64,000 nt of DNA from Puccinia triticina (Eukaryota). The translations under genes and the position numbers were made by a program. Position 1 is the first letter of the stretch. Every line of letters begins with the position of its first letter. The stretch is taken from contig CP110439.1 of NCBI GenBank assembly GCA_026914245.1, forward strand, positions 5,270,001-5,334,000, in the 5' to 3' direction. Shown here one piece after another: positions 35,560-46,719 of the stretch. The notes below the pieces were generated by a model, which had not been told where the DNA came from, did no database searches, and saw only the letters and a program-made list of their open reading frames with translations.

Positions 35560-36562
35560 GTAGAATATATGATAATGTCATCTATGTATATCATCATCCA
35601 ACTTTGCCTAATAAAGGATCCAAATATTGTGTCCATCATACGCTGAAAGTGCGAAGGAGCATTTTTGATACCAAATGGCATTCTCAAATATTCATAAACA
35701 CCTAGGTGACAGATTATTTGCATAAATTGTCTGCTATCTTCTTTAATGGGTATTTGATGGAATCCTTTAAGCACATCCATTGTGGTAATGTATTTAGCTT
35801 TTGCCAAATTATTTAGTGAATGATCTATCCTTGGGATAGGATAATTGTCTGCCTTGGTGTAATTATTGAGGGCTCTGAAGTCTCCTACCATACGGGACTT
35901 TTTGTTATGCCAAGCTGTAATTATGGGTGTAGTTATTTTCACTTGTTCATCATGGCCTACTTTCCTCAAAACTTTGAGCTCCAATAGTTCTTTGATGTGT
36001 ATTTCTAGAGCTTCACAAGACTTGGGGCTCAAAGGATATGCTGCTCTCCTTAAAGAAGGAGGGTAGGCGGGTTGACACGTAAGTTCTATCTCAATATCGT
36101 GTCCTGAGATGTTCCCTATGGGTTCTTCTTTTGTACAGAAAGCTTCTTCATGCTCAAAGCAGACTTTTAACACAGCTGATTGTTGCTCCCCGGTCAAGTT
36201 ACTACTTATGGCAGCTTGAGACATATAATCTTGTTGGAATTTGTTCAATTCCTTATTCTCATGGTCTTTTCCCGGAGGGTTCTGAAAGCTGATGTTACAT
36301 ATCTCAAACTTTTGTTTCCAATCACCACCTATTGTGTAGTATCTGTTTTTGCTTTGAATTACATCTATTCCATATAAACAAACGGGGTCACTTTGCGCAC
36401 GGAGGGAAACTTGTTGCGCACGGGAATTTCCGTTGACTCAACGTCACGTGACATTGGGCCCCCCTCCGTGCACGCCACCAGCTCCCCTCAAAAACTATTT
36501 GCACACGGGGTGCGGTGACAGGTGGCCGGGGTGAAGCACTCCGGCCATCCGGAGGAAACAAT

Positions 36563-37107
36563 CCCCTCGATGACCGGCACAGACCGGTCATTGAGAGGGT
36601 ATATCACATCTCTCTCAATGACCGGCATTCCGGTCATTGAGAGGACACATCCCCCTTGATGACCGGTACAGACCGGTCATCGGGAGGCTACATCCCTCTT
36701 GATGACCGGTACAGACCGTTCATTGGGAGGCTACAATCCTCTTGATGTCCGGAATAGACTGGTCATTGGGAGGATACATCCCTCTTGATGACCCGCATAG
36801 ACCGGTCATTGAGAGGCTACATCCCTCTTGATGACCGGAATAGACCGGTCATTGGGAGGCGACATCCCTCTTGATGACCGGAATAGACCGGTCATTGGGA
36901 GGTTGCATCCCTCCCGATGGATGACCGGAATAGACTGGTCATCGAGGGGATACATCCCTCTTGATGACCGGTCTATGCCAGTCATCAAGAGGGATGTGTT
37001 CTCTTGATGACCGGAATGCCGGTCATTGAGAGAGATGTGTTCTCTCAATGACCTGAATGCCGGTCATCGAGAGAGATGTATCCTCTTGGTGACCGGTCTA
37101 CTCCGGT
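36563..37107. repeat. Array of ~13 palindromic ~43-bp units
   Basis: Unit CCTCTTGATGACCGG-N4-6-CCGGTCATTGGGAGG; the same motif occurs at about 25590-25650 and 39910-39970, and decayed at about 46950-47260. Confidence 0.9.
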
Positions 37108-37359
37108 GCCCCAGTAGCGCTTGAAAGCACACACCGCTATTGCTGCGCCTTCCCGCAGCGAAAGCGCCGCTTTTTCAGCTGCGCTTACACTATGTCATCT
37201 AGGGAAATAGCGGTTTTTCGCTGCAGAAAGCGGTAGCGCAGCGCAGTGACGCTACCACTTCAGCTTTTTGGGCTGGGTAGTTAGCGACGCCCGCTGCGCT
37301 GCGCTAAAATCGCCGCTTTCTGCAGCGTAGCGCAGATTTTCAGTCTTGGGGGTGGTCAG

Positions 37360-37612
37360 AAGCTGAGCATTGGCTGGGCTAAGATTGATCCAAATCTGAA
37401 AATCAGCTGAGCCAATACTGGTCCAAAGCTGAGCATTGGCTGGGCCAATGTTAGTCCTAAGCTGAGTCTAAACTTAGCAATTACTGGACTAAAGCTGAGA
37501 ATAAGCTGGGCCAGGAATGTTTCAAAGCTGAGCATGAGCTGGACACCAAATCTGAGCATGAGCTGGGCACCAAAGCTGAGCATGAGCTGGAAGCCAAAGC
37601 TGAGTATTAGCT
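37360..37612. repeat. Degenerate minisatellite (AAGCTGAGCATGAGCTGG-type, ~24-33 bp)
   Basis: Repeated AAGCTGAGC/AATCTGAGC units. Confidence 0.75.
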
Positions 37613-37686
37613 GACCAGAAATGAGGATTAGTGGTGCCCAGCCAAAACTGAGGATCTCCTGTGGAAATTCTGAAAGGTAAGTAGAT

Positions 37687-37688
<2 letters not shown>

Positions 37689-37718
<30 letters not shown>
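37689..37718 (+). repeat. G30 homopolymer
   Basis: Direct observation. Confidence 0.95.
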
Positions 37719-37719
<1 letters not shown>

Positions 37720-37902
37720 GAGATGTGGTAAGATGGTGGGTAGATGGTGGTTAGCCCACTGGAGCTGGCATGATGTCAATTGTCATCAAGTGACTATTTT
37801 TTTTTCCTGGTGGTGGGTGCCCATAACAATTTCCAGAGAAATTTGCATTGTGAAACTACTACTATTTATCCTGCATTGCTTTATACATATACCCACTCAG
37901 AG

Positions 37903-37950
37903 CAACAGTGAAACTGATAGATTACATGTATTGTGTCAGTTTCACCATTG
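37903..37950. mobile_element. 48-bp hairpin micro-insertion
   Basis: CAACAGTGAAACTGA and TCAGTTTCACCATTG; CTCAGAG duplicated on both sides; absent at 23694 in copy A. Confidence 0.75.
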
Positions 37951-38111
37951 CTCAGAGCAGTCATCTTGATTTGGGGGGAGTGTGGGTAGTTTTTTGATCT
38001 CTTACACTAGTTGGAAATAAATACTGCAAGAAACAACTTATCATCTCCAATTTGATTTCATTGGATGCTTACTACCACCCATCAATATCATTAGCATTGT
38101 AGGTTGCAGAT

Positions 38112-39254
38112 ATGCTTTGTTGGTTGGTACTGCTTACAGTTAAGTATACTCCTGAATAGATGGTAGATTTACATATTTTTCAATCCAATTCAACAGCTGA
38201 CAGCTGTTTTCTTTTTGCAGCAAATCCTTGGAGGGGTCTTAGGGGCTGAGTTTTCCTTAGAAAATGCTCAACATTCTTCCAGCTTTTTAGGTCCACAAAC
38301 AACAGAGGCCTCCACCAGCCATTTCACCACACCCATCTCTCATCAACATCCATCCAATCAAGATGAACTGGCTTTGGATATTGAACCATCTGACCAGATT
38401 AGTTCCTGTGTAAGTGTGCCCCAATGTATGATCTTTGATGTTAATTTCCAACCTCCCTCTTGCCTTGGTGGGGATCATCATTTGTTGATTTTGTGACCTT
38501 GCTATGGGCATGGGCATTTATGAGAAGCCTGAGACAAGGATCAAAATTGATGAAGAAGAAAAAATAAAACCAATTCCAGGAAATTCAAGCATTGAGCCAC
38601 CTATTGCTTATCCCACATCAAGCAGTGACACCCTTCAGAAATCCATCCTGGTTGCAGATCTACCAAAAAAAAAATGCCAGATCTGAATCTTCTGGTGAAA
38701 AACCTGATGGTGAAAAAGGACAAGAAATTGAAGATTGTCCAGTATGTCTACAGCAGTTAGTAATAGAAGCTCCTGGACAAGCAGTTGTTTTCATTACTTG
38801 CCAACACCGCTTCCATCTCAGCTGTATTGATGACTGGTTAAAGAAGGGCACACTCACTTGTCCAATCTGTCGAAGGCCAGTTGAAGTGGGAGATTCAGAG
38901 ATGATGGACTTATTTACCAAGGATCCCGTCTTGTTAGAAGTTGTTCGACCCGCTCACAACACCAATCTTTATAATTCTGACTTGGATCACATAAGAATGT
39001 GGCTTGCCTCGCTAGAAGTCAATCAACCAGCTCCCACCCGTCAAGTCAAGCGATGCAGTCCTGATCCTTCTACTATCCGTTTTGCGTTTTTGGGGTTTCT
39101 TTTGGTGTGTCTTGTGTTAGCTTTCTATCTGCGCTGGTTGCAAGTGAATCACAGGTCAGCAAAATGTATTCCGCCTAGTTGAAATTTTCCTAAAAACATT
39201 TACAAACTAATCTCTCTTGACTGAATTTTGCAGATTATAAGCTATTTCAGTTGA
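38112..39254 (+). pseudogene. RING-H2 gene copy B, +1 frameshift upstream of the RING
   Basis: AAAAGAAAA in copy A is A10 at 38665-38674; carries an extra in-frame 60 bp (38982-39041); the frameshift could be a homopolymer sequencing error. Confidence 0.7.
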
Positions 39255-39679
39255 ACATCACTACTGGAGTCTGGTATGTATCCAACTCTCATGAATCCAT
39301 ACCATTCATGGCAGCTGGTCCTGTTTCCACCTGGCCTGAACTGAAGAAAAACATATATCACTTTGACTCCCTCTCTATCAATCACTTCTATCACACTCTC
39401 ATTATTCAAGTCATCACCTTCTCATTCCAGGGTCTTTTCTTCCTTTGCTTTCTCTTTTTCCCTCTCTTCATCTTTTCACCAGCGGTACCCTCACCAGCAA
39501 GGTGTGCTACCAATAGCCCATGATTTTGGGAGTTGTTTTTCGAAGTCTTCAGAGTTGTTTTAAGAAGTATTCTCAATAGAGAATCTCTTTGTGTACTCGG
39601 GGCAGGTACCCGGCACCCGCCTTTCACCCGCCGGGTGGTACGCATGTTTTTTTTGGAAAAAGCGGTGCCGTACCCGGGT

Positions 39680-39770
39680 CGAGCTTAACTGAACCTCTCC
39701 GATGAGGCGCGAAGCATCTCCGAAGGAGACTCGCACCCCGCGAGCACGGGAGGGACTTGTGTTAAGTTCG
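39680..39770. mobile_element. 91-bp mini hairpin-TIR element (duplicate of 25360-25450)
   Basis: Same termini and ACCCGGGT TSD. Confidence 0.88.
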
Positions 39771-40199
39771 ACCCGGGTACCCTCTCAGGTACATACCCCC
39801 CCAGCTTCACCGGATGAGACAGAAGGTAGGTTGATATCGCTACCGGCGCAAGCCAGTCATCGAAGGGCAAATCCCTCTCAAAGACCGGTCCAGCCCAACC
39901 CGCGCCGGGCATCAAGAGGGTTGTGTTTTCCCTGATGACCGGTTTTCACCGGTCATCAAGAGGGATACAATGTACATGCTCAAAGCAACACAAAGGACTG
40001 CCATTACCAGGCAGTGCTGGGTGCCTGTTTTAGGTCAAAAAAAGACCGGTGCCCGCGTACCGATTGTACCTGGGTCCACAGAGAGATTGTCTAATCCTTA
40101 AGGTTTGATTCAAACACCTAATCAAGAAATGAATGAAAGCCCACATAAGTTAGAAGAAGAAGAAAAAAACAAAATAAAAGGTAAATCAAATTTGTATGA

Positions 40200-41303
40200 T
40201 TAAAGGTTTTTGGCAGCTTGCACTAAGTTATGAATAGCTGTTTTCATTAGAGCGTCCCATGTAACAAACCAATCCTGGTAGTAATTCCGATCTTTGAGAT
40301 TGTTGACTAAGGGAACCAGATAGCGGAGTAAAGAATGGGATGGAACTTCAGAATTACAAGCAATATTTTTGGCTGTTTGAGTGATGGACTGGATATCAAT
40401 AGGTCTATTTCCAAAACTCGCATCAACTTTTTTAATTAGGGCTAGCATTATCGAGTGATTGGCATAAATGTTTTCAGCCGATTCGCATAAAGCTTTGAGT
40501 TCAAGAGAATTCATGTGGGTAAATAAGGGTAAGGATTTGTGAGTATCAGTATCAAAAACGGACAATTTATAGAAAAATATATATGATAGCCGTAAGGGGA
40601 GTATTGCTAAGCGAGCGAGGTGGATGATCGGTTGATGGTTCAATCGGTCTTCGCCGGCGCGTCTCCGGGGGACATTTGGATTGACCAGCATTTTGGAATC
40701 TTGCAGTAGATGATAGATTTTTCCGACTGGGTCGTCCACCGAAGCTTCGACGATAGTTAATTCAGATCCCTTCAAGTGTTCAATCGCGAACCTGAGTGAA
40801 ATCTCTACACTCCTGGCCCTGCACATGAAGCTCCAATGCACAGCGCCATTATCGAAGAATTCCCCCGTCGAGTCCCTGCTACCGTCGATGTATCCAGAGG
40901 CCGTGCCAAAGAGGTGGCAGATCATCTGGAGTGCGGATTGTAACTTCTTTTGGAGTCCAAGAAGCCTATAGACCTTGAATTGTTTGAGGTGCTGGTCATC
41001 GGTTTCGCTTGAGGTAGATAAGGATTCCGGACAGATGACGTGGAAGGAATGGTAGATTTGAAGCATGTTGTGATCGAGTTCTTTTTGTATCTCCAATACG
41101 CGTCTAAGTTTCGCCTCGGTTTCTTGCTGTATGCTATCAGGCTTTAGCAGTTTATAGATAGTAGCGAGATGGTCTTTCACAAGAGGTAAAAGGGTCGAAT
41201 GTAAGTGATTGTAGGAAGTTTCCCTCGAGTTCGCTCCATTAGCGGGGGGAGTAATCCATGCAGGAGGCATGTAAGTTTGCCCCAGGCGTAGAAAACGCTG
41301 CAT
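40200..41303 (-). CDS. Hypothetical ~367-aa protein resembling an expanded rust-fungal family
   Basis: Long ORF also conserved in the paralog; TDDQHLKQFK and LPLFTHMNS motifs look familiar from Puccinia hypothetical proteins (recall, not searched); an upstream exon is possible. Confidence 0.8.
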   Translation of the reverse strand: MQRFLRLGQTYMPPAWITPPANGANSRETSYNHLHSTLLPLVKDHLATIYKLLKPDSIQQETEAKLRRVLEIQKELDHNMLQIYHSFHVICPESLSTSSETDDQHLKQFKVYRLLGLQKKLQSALQMICHLFGTASGYIDGSRDSTGEFFDNGAVHWSFMCRARSVEISLRFAIEHLKGSELTIVEASVDDPVGKIYHLLQDSKMLVNPNVPRRRAGEDRLNHQPIIHLARLAILPLRLSYIFFYKLSVFDTDTHKSLPLFTHMNSLELKALCESAENIYANHSIMLALIKKVDASFGNRPIDIQSITQTAKNIACNSEVPSHSLLRYLVPLVNNLKDRNYYQDWFVTWDALMKTAIHNLVQAAKNL

Positions 41304-41978
41304 CACTGAGTTTAGGGAGGATTCGAGCGGTGTGGGAAATCAGCCAATGAACTAGTTTGATGAGCTGGTAAATGATAAATACCTCCTAAGCACCGGAGCT
41401 CTGTTCCAGATTCGTCCCACATGGAACTCGGTGGATATTCCATCTTTGATGCCTAATCGCGCAACTGTCAACGTTCGAGGCCAACCGGAATCCAGTTCAA
41501 TCGTTGCAAGTGATAAGCTTTTCTGGTATGGAGTCGTTTTTGAAAGACCCAAGAGACGAATGGCGTCTATGTAAGTGCTGGGCTCTCTAGCTAGAGACGG
41601 ACGTCAAAAACTGCCTACTTACCCCAGAGTGGCTCGAAGGGCTGCTCTAGATGCTGCAGAAATGTTAATGTTGTGTTACCGGGAGTGTAACGGGAGGTGG
41701 GTAGAGTCCATGGACCCGTCTAGCTTCTCCTGCTCAATTTATCACGCGCCTCACCGGCGGAGATAGCGGCGTACAGGGACTACCCCAGACCAAAGACTCG
41801 AGGCCAGAAAGACCTCAGAGCTTTCCCCCCCCCTGACCCAAGAGTTACGCTCTTCCATCCTGAACTCCATCAGCATCATCTTACTCGCTCTCTCCCTCGC
41901 CCGGATCAAAGTTATTTTCGCGACCACCCGCCCACCCTGCTCAAGTTCTAGAAAAGTCTAGACACCCACGTGCACACG

Positions 41979-42116
41979 CTAACTTAACACAAGACCCTCT
42001 TCGGAGGGCCTGGTGCAGCCTGGCTGGCGCGGAGCGCCCCTCGCGAAGCGAGCCTTCGGAGGGTCCCTGCGGGACGGCGTCCCCCCTCCACAAAGAGAGG
42101 GTCTTAGTTAAGTTAG
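41979..42116. mobile_element. 138-bp mini hairpin-TIR element
   Basis: CTAACTTAACACAAGACCCTCT and AGAGGGTCTTAGTTAAGTTAG; 9-bp TSD GTGCACACG. Confidence 0.92.
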
Positions 42117-43352
42117 GTGCACACGTGGGGTCTAGCGCCTTCGCCCACAAACCCTCCGGGGGCTTTCTGCTCCGGAAGGATCCGGTCTGCTGCCTTCTCC
42201 TCCCTCAAGGACTTCTCCCTGTCCGGTCCCCCCTCCCGGGAGACTTGGGACCAGGAGAAGCGCCACGAGAACGCAGCACAAAGGATCGGGGACCATCCTT
42301 CCCCCGTCCCACACACGAGAGCCTTGGGAAGTCACTCCCTGACTTCCGGGGCTCTCACCGTGTAAGCAGTTAGTAGTGCCAGCGCTACTAGAAGAAAGAG
42401 AACTTAGGTGGATCCGCCGCAGCGCCTGCTAGGGCGTGGCAGGGTGGAAGGGCCCTAGGGAACCCCCCCCCCCCCCCCCCCTTTGAGCCACCGCTTAGAA
42501 ACCAGGCCCGGCAACCTCCCCGGCATCCAGGTGTGAATGGATGGGGATTAACCGGCGGCGTGGGACATCATTGCGCCGGCCGGACGGGACTGAGGTCATT
42601 AAGACCCCCGGTGCCCGTTCGAGTCCCCTCCCCTCACATCCAAGTTCCAACCCCTGGCATCGGGGACGCTGTCCCGCAGGGACCCTCCGTCCGGTCGGCG
42701 CTAGCTTAACTAAGCCTCTCGAACGGAGGGTCCGGGGGACCCCGCCCGGAGGGCTCTCCGCAGGAGAGGCTTACGCCTAATGTCTGAAGTCTGGCAGGGA
42801 AAGGAAGGATATTCAACCCCAAAACCACTAAATAATTATTCAAAAATCAGCAAAATATGTACAAAAAAAACCGAATTGACAGTTTCATTGGCAGTGCTGA
42901 TGCGCACCCTCACCCAAAATTTTGAGCAAAAAGCTCCAAAACTGATTGAAGGAATCTGTTTTGAAGGTCAAAGGAACCCTGATAGATATTACATTGCTCT
43001 GAAAATCCATTTTTGGATTTTCTGATAATATGCACAATTGAGTTTCCTATATGCAACAAAATGCAACACTACATGTGTAGGATCTGCGGGTTTGCGGATC
43101 CAGGATCCACCAGGCATGATGGTTGCGCATCCTTAGTTTACATTTCTTCATGTTTTTTTATTTTTAAACCATTAGTACAGTGCAAATGGTTTGGATTGAG
43201 GAGATGAGACCTGTGCCAAATGAAAGCTGAGGTCCAGAAGTATCTTTTGGCTCTGGGGCAGGTCCACAGGACCTGAGGGGGAGGCTGGCTGAGGCTTAAT
43301 ATTTTCCCTCCAGCCATTTGTGATTTCTTTCCCAGCCAAAATTTTGACATTA

Positions 43353-45100
43353 CACCACGGCAGTCCACCGACGTTGGGTTACCGATTGTTTTTGCGGGCG
43401 GTCTGACCCTCCCCGACCCCGCCAAACCTTGTTGGTTGCCGCCGTCATGCTGCCGAGATTTGCAGCCACCCTGTTGGCCAGCCGACAAAGGCTGTCGCAT
43501 GTCCGACCGCCAGCAGGGGCAGGCCGTCGTTGTCCCGACCCTTGTGAGATACTTCCTACCAATCCCTGAGATATTGCGAGGGAGCGTCCCGCGGTCGGCC
43601 TGCCCCGTCCTCGGCGTCACCCCGCCCCATGGGATGGGCAGGCAGCCGTCAGGCCACCATCCCAAGGGGCCTGTTCACACAGCCGTGAGATGGGGACCTG
43701 CGGTCAGGGCGCCCAGGGCTTGCCGTCAAGACAACCTGCCAGCTTGACCGGATGGGGGAGCGGATTGGCCGAGCGGCTCAACCGGTCCGCTGTCCGAGGA
43801 TTATAGGACAGATGGGGGAACTGCTCAACTAATCCGGGGTCCGAGGATTAGAGGAACGTTCACTCATGTCCGACGGACTACCGGAGCATGCCATACTGCT
43901 CAACCGTCCGGATTACTTGCAGCCAAACGTTTGGTTGGACAGATAATCAATTCATAGCTAGTGACCATGTTTATATACAAGAGAGCAACCCCTGTCAAAT
44001 AACACGGCGGGACAAGAGAGATAAAGAAAGGACCCCGGATGGGGACCTGAGTCGTGTGATATAGAGGCATACAACAAGAAGGAAAGAGAGAGATATAACA
44101 CCCCAACATTTGGTTGGGGTAACAGACAGGCGCAGTTTGGACAGACGACTTAAGCGACATGCAGATGGGGACATGAGTCATGTAGAGGCATAACAACGAG
44201 TAGGAAAGACGGTGACAGACAGGTGCAGTTCGGACAACTTGAGCGATATGTCGGCAAGGGAGTTAAGCAGCAGGTGTGCGGTTCGACCTCAGCCGCAACC
44301 TCATCAGGGGTTGGGAGCTTGAATCCTTAGGATTCACAACATTGTAGATTGTACCTTGACCGTGCGGCGGTTGATCCACAGCTGCTTGTTTGTTGCTGGT
44401 GCGGCCTCGTGGGCACGGGTGAGCGCTCTCTTGGAGATGAGTGGAGCCTCAGGAGGTGAAGATGAGGGAAGATGAAGGGGAGGAGACAAGGGAGGGAGCA
44501 AACCAGGGGGACATAAATTATAAAGTCCCAATCAAAGGGGGAAAAAAGTGGGTGCTGCGGACTGCTTTGATTAAATTTCCCAGCAGCTGACCATGCAAGG
44601 CTTCGTGGTCAGCTGGTCAATGACCGAGCGGCTGTCCTTAGGGAGTCTTACGGTCGGGCTGCCAGCTTGCATGCTGGGCAGCTGACCAACAGCCTGTGAG
44701 ATTGTCGGGCTGCTGACAATCTTGGGCGTTGGTTACCCGGCGGGTGACCGTCAAAGGCCTGGGAAACACCTGGCGGCAGTCTGCCGGGTGCGGACCAGGT
44801 CAGCCAGTGGGCAGCAGACCGTCCGGTCGAGCCAGCGACTGTCCGTCCGGCAACAGACCGGCAGACCGGCGGTGGATCGACCTTGGTCAAGCCACCGTGG
44901 GTCCTGCTGGCAACACCCGGGCAGACAGGCGGCGGATTGACCGAAGTCAGTCCGCCGTACCTCTTGACGTCAAGAGGTACGGCGGACTGACTGTCTCAAC
45001 ACCCCGACGACGGGCTGCCCTGTTTTCACACGGTAGCTTGACGTGGGCCCCTTTGTCGTCGGGTTGTCGGTCCGAGGGAGCCGAAATCGCTCTCGTGGTG
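43353..45100. mobile_element. GC-rich non-coding CAC-terminal element
   Basis: CACCACG and CGTGGTG termini with TA duplicated; removal restores GACATTACGCGCAAGTCCC, similar to 29936. Confidence 0.75.
44945..44992. repeat. Perfect 48-bp palindrome with no spacer
   Basis: AGTCAGTCCGCCGTACCTCTTGAC|GTCAAGAGGTACGGCGGACTGACT. Confidence 0.95.
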
Positions 45101-46719
45101 TACGCGCAAGTCCCTCCCTGCGGCAGGGGCCGCTTCGCGGCCAGCCACAGCGAGCCTCCCACCAGGGGGGACTTGTGTTAAGTTAGGGTCGGCGCAAGGC
45201 GACCATGTGCTTTACCACTCCGGTGGGACTTAGTTAAGTTAGGGCATCACTCCTCCACGAGCCAGTACGGTTGAGTTCTCCCTCATCTTGGCGATGTTTC
45301 TCGTCCAGCCTCTGTGTAAGCATTTATCAACTGATATTTTTTTCTGTTTCGAATAAAGGTCCAGCCCACAGCAGACTATCCGAGCCACGGTGTAGCAGTT
45401 TCGCCGCGTCAACCGACACAAAACGGAATATTTTCTTGATTTAAACAATTATATTAATTATATTAAGGGCAAGAGATTCGGGTCAAGCCGGGGCCCCGGG
45501 CCATACGAGGCAGCCACTATTCCCTTCTGGACAGGCGATGTACTGTGCAAACGATGGGATCCCGATCCACCGCAACTCTCCAGCGTACAACAAGGGATGA
45601 GGGCCCGCCGGGTCTATCCCGGCCATTAGTTGACTTACTCAAGCGTCTCGGCGTCCAGACGCCGATAACCAGGAACTTACTTCGGGAGGCACAAGCCCAA
45701 CTGCGCGTGTGTCCACGGACGGCCAATCCGTCCATCTGATGCTTCTGCTCGCCAACGCCTACAGCACCTGTCCACTCGGTACCCTCCCTCATTCCGCAGC
45801 CCTATCAGCACCGAAAAGGCTTGCCCAAGCTCTCCAAACCCTCAGCCAATCTCTCCAGTCCACTGAGGAACCGCTGCTCGTCTTCAAACGCTCGGGGAAC
45901 CAGAGACTTCAGAGTCACTCTATTTCTCGATCAAAGCCGCTTCAGAATCGCTCTACTCCTCGACCAAAGCCGACAAAAACATCGCCAGCTTGGTCGACAA
46001 ACTTATGCTCAACCCTGACCAATCATCAGGAATGACGCCTCTGGCCGAGTTTGTGAACATCGCGCGGTGCTCAGACTCGCTCCACGAACTGTCTCTGCAA
46101 TCATCCGCTGATCTCGAGCCTCTTCCTAGATTCAAATGATCAAACTGGTCGGACCTTTCTCTCTCAATGAATCTTCCCATCATACTTCAAAGGATTCTGA
46201 TACTCCTACTTACTGGTTCTTTCTCGTCAAAAAAATGGTTATTTTTTGCTTGCCTTGTGACATCTTGCTGGGAATGATTTCTGCTTTTGCTCCATCTGTT
46301 CAAGCTACAGGTACTCTAAAATGAAATGCAATAAATTAAGGAGGCAGCCCTTCAGCAAGCTCACAAGAATCTGAACAACTCCGAATTCGATCAAGCAAAC
46401 CATTCAGAAGCAAATCCAGCAAACGGCTCTCAAGGAAATCCATCAAGCTGCTAGTCCTCACATACAGCAGACCAAAATAACACAATTAAACAAGACAGCT
46501 CTTTCTGTCACTATCGGCCAATTGTATCAGATTGATTGCCGTGCTGGTCATACTCATTCAGGCCTTCCAGTCTTTCCAAACCCTAATTGCAATCTGGGCA
46601 ATGATGTATGATGTATCTAGCAGTTGTCAATGTGTAAGTGTAATTCAAACTCTAACACAGAATGTACCTTTTTCAATAAATTTGGAGAAATATAGAAGCA
46701 CATGTTGAGAAGATGCAAT

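Larger units (their letters stand above)
30467..36372 (-). mobile_element. Degenerate 5'-truncated Ty3/Gypsy element
   Basis: RT (PIPRID, MPFG..NAPSHFQ, YIDD), RNase H (YIDAC), integrase (YHPQTDGLAER) and chromodomain (YLVRY...DEW) fragments with stops; PPT GGTGGGAGGGAA next to the LTR. Confidence 0.93.
37811..40982 (+). repeat. Local segmental duplication, copy B
   Basis: Offset of 14258 bp from copy A at the RING gene ATG. Confidence 0.95.
42701..45186. mobile_element. Medium hairpin-TIR element (~740 bp without its nested insert)
   Basis: CTAGCTTAAC...GTTAAGTTAG; 8-bp TSD GGTCGGCG; inner inverted repeat TAATGTC...GACATTA. Confidence 0.88.
42661..45242. mobile_element. Partial hairpin-TIR copy (inverse of the element at 348) hosting 42701-45186
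   Basis: 42661-42700 plus 45195-45242 is the reverse complement of the element at 348; the other terminus was not found. Confidence 0.65.

Noticed and set aside
35135..35646. Peptide KGVTAALRAFFCISKNRWQDV appearing on both strands
   Set aside because: Translation of the MITE's two TIRs
36563..37107. CRISPR-like palindromic repeat array
   Set aside because: No unique spacers, degenerate units, no cas genes, eukaryotic context
45520..46600. Possible spliced gene remnant on the + strand
   Set aside because: Could not assemble a consistent exon chain or recognise a domain
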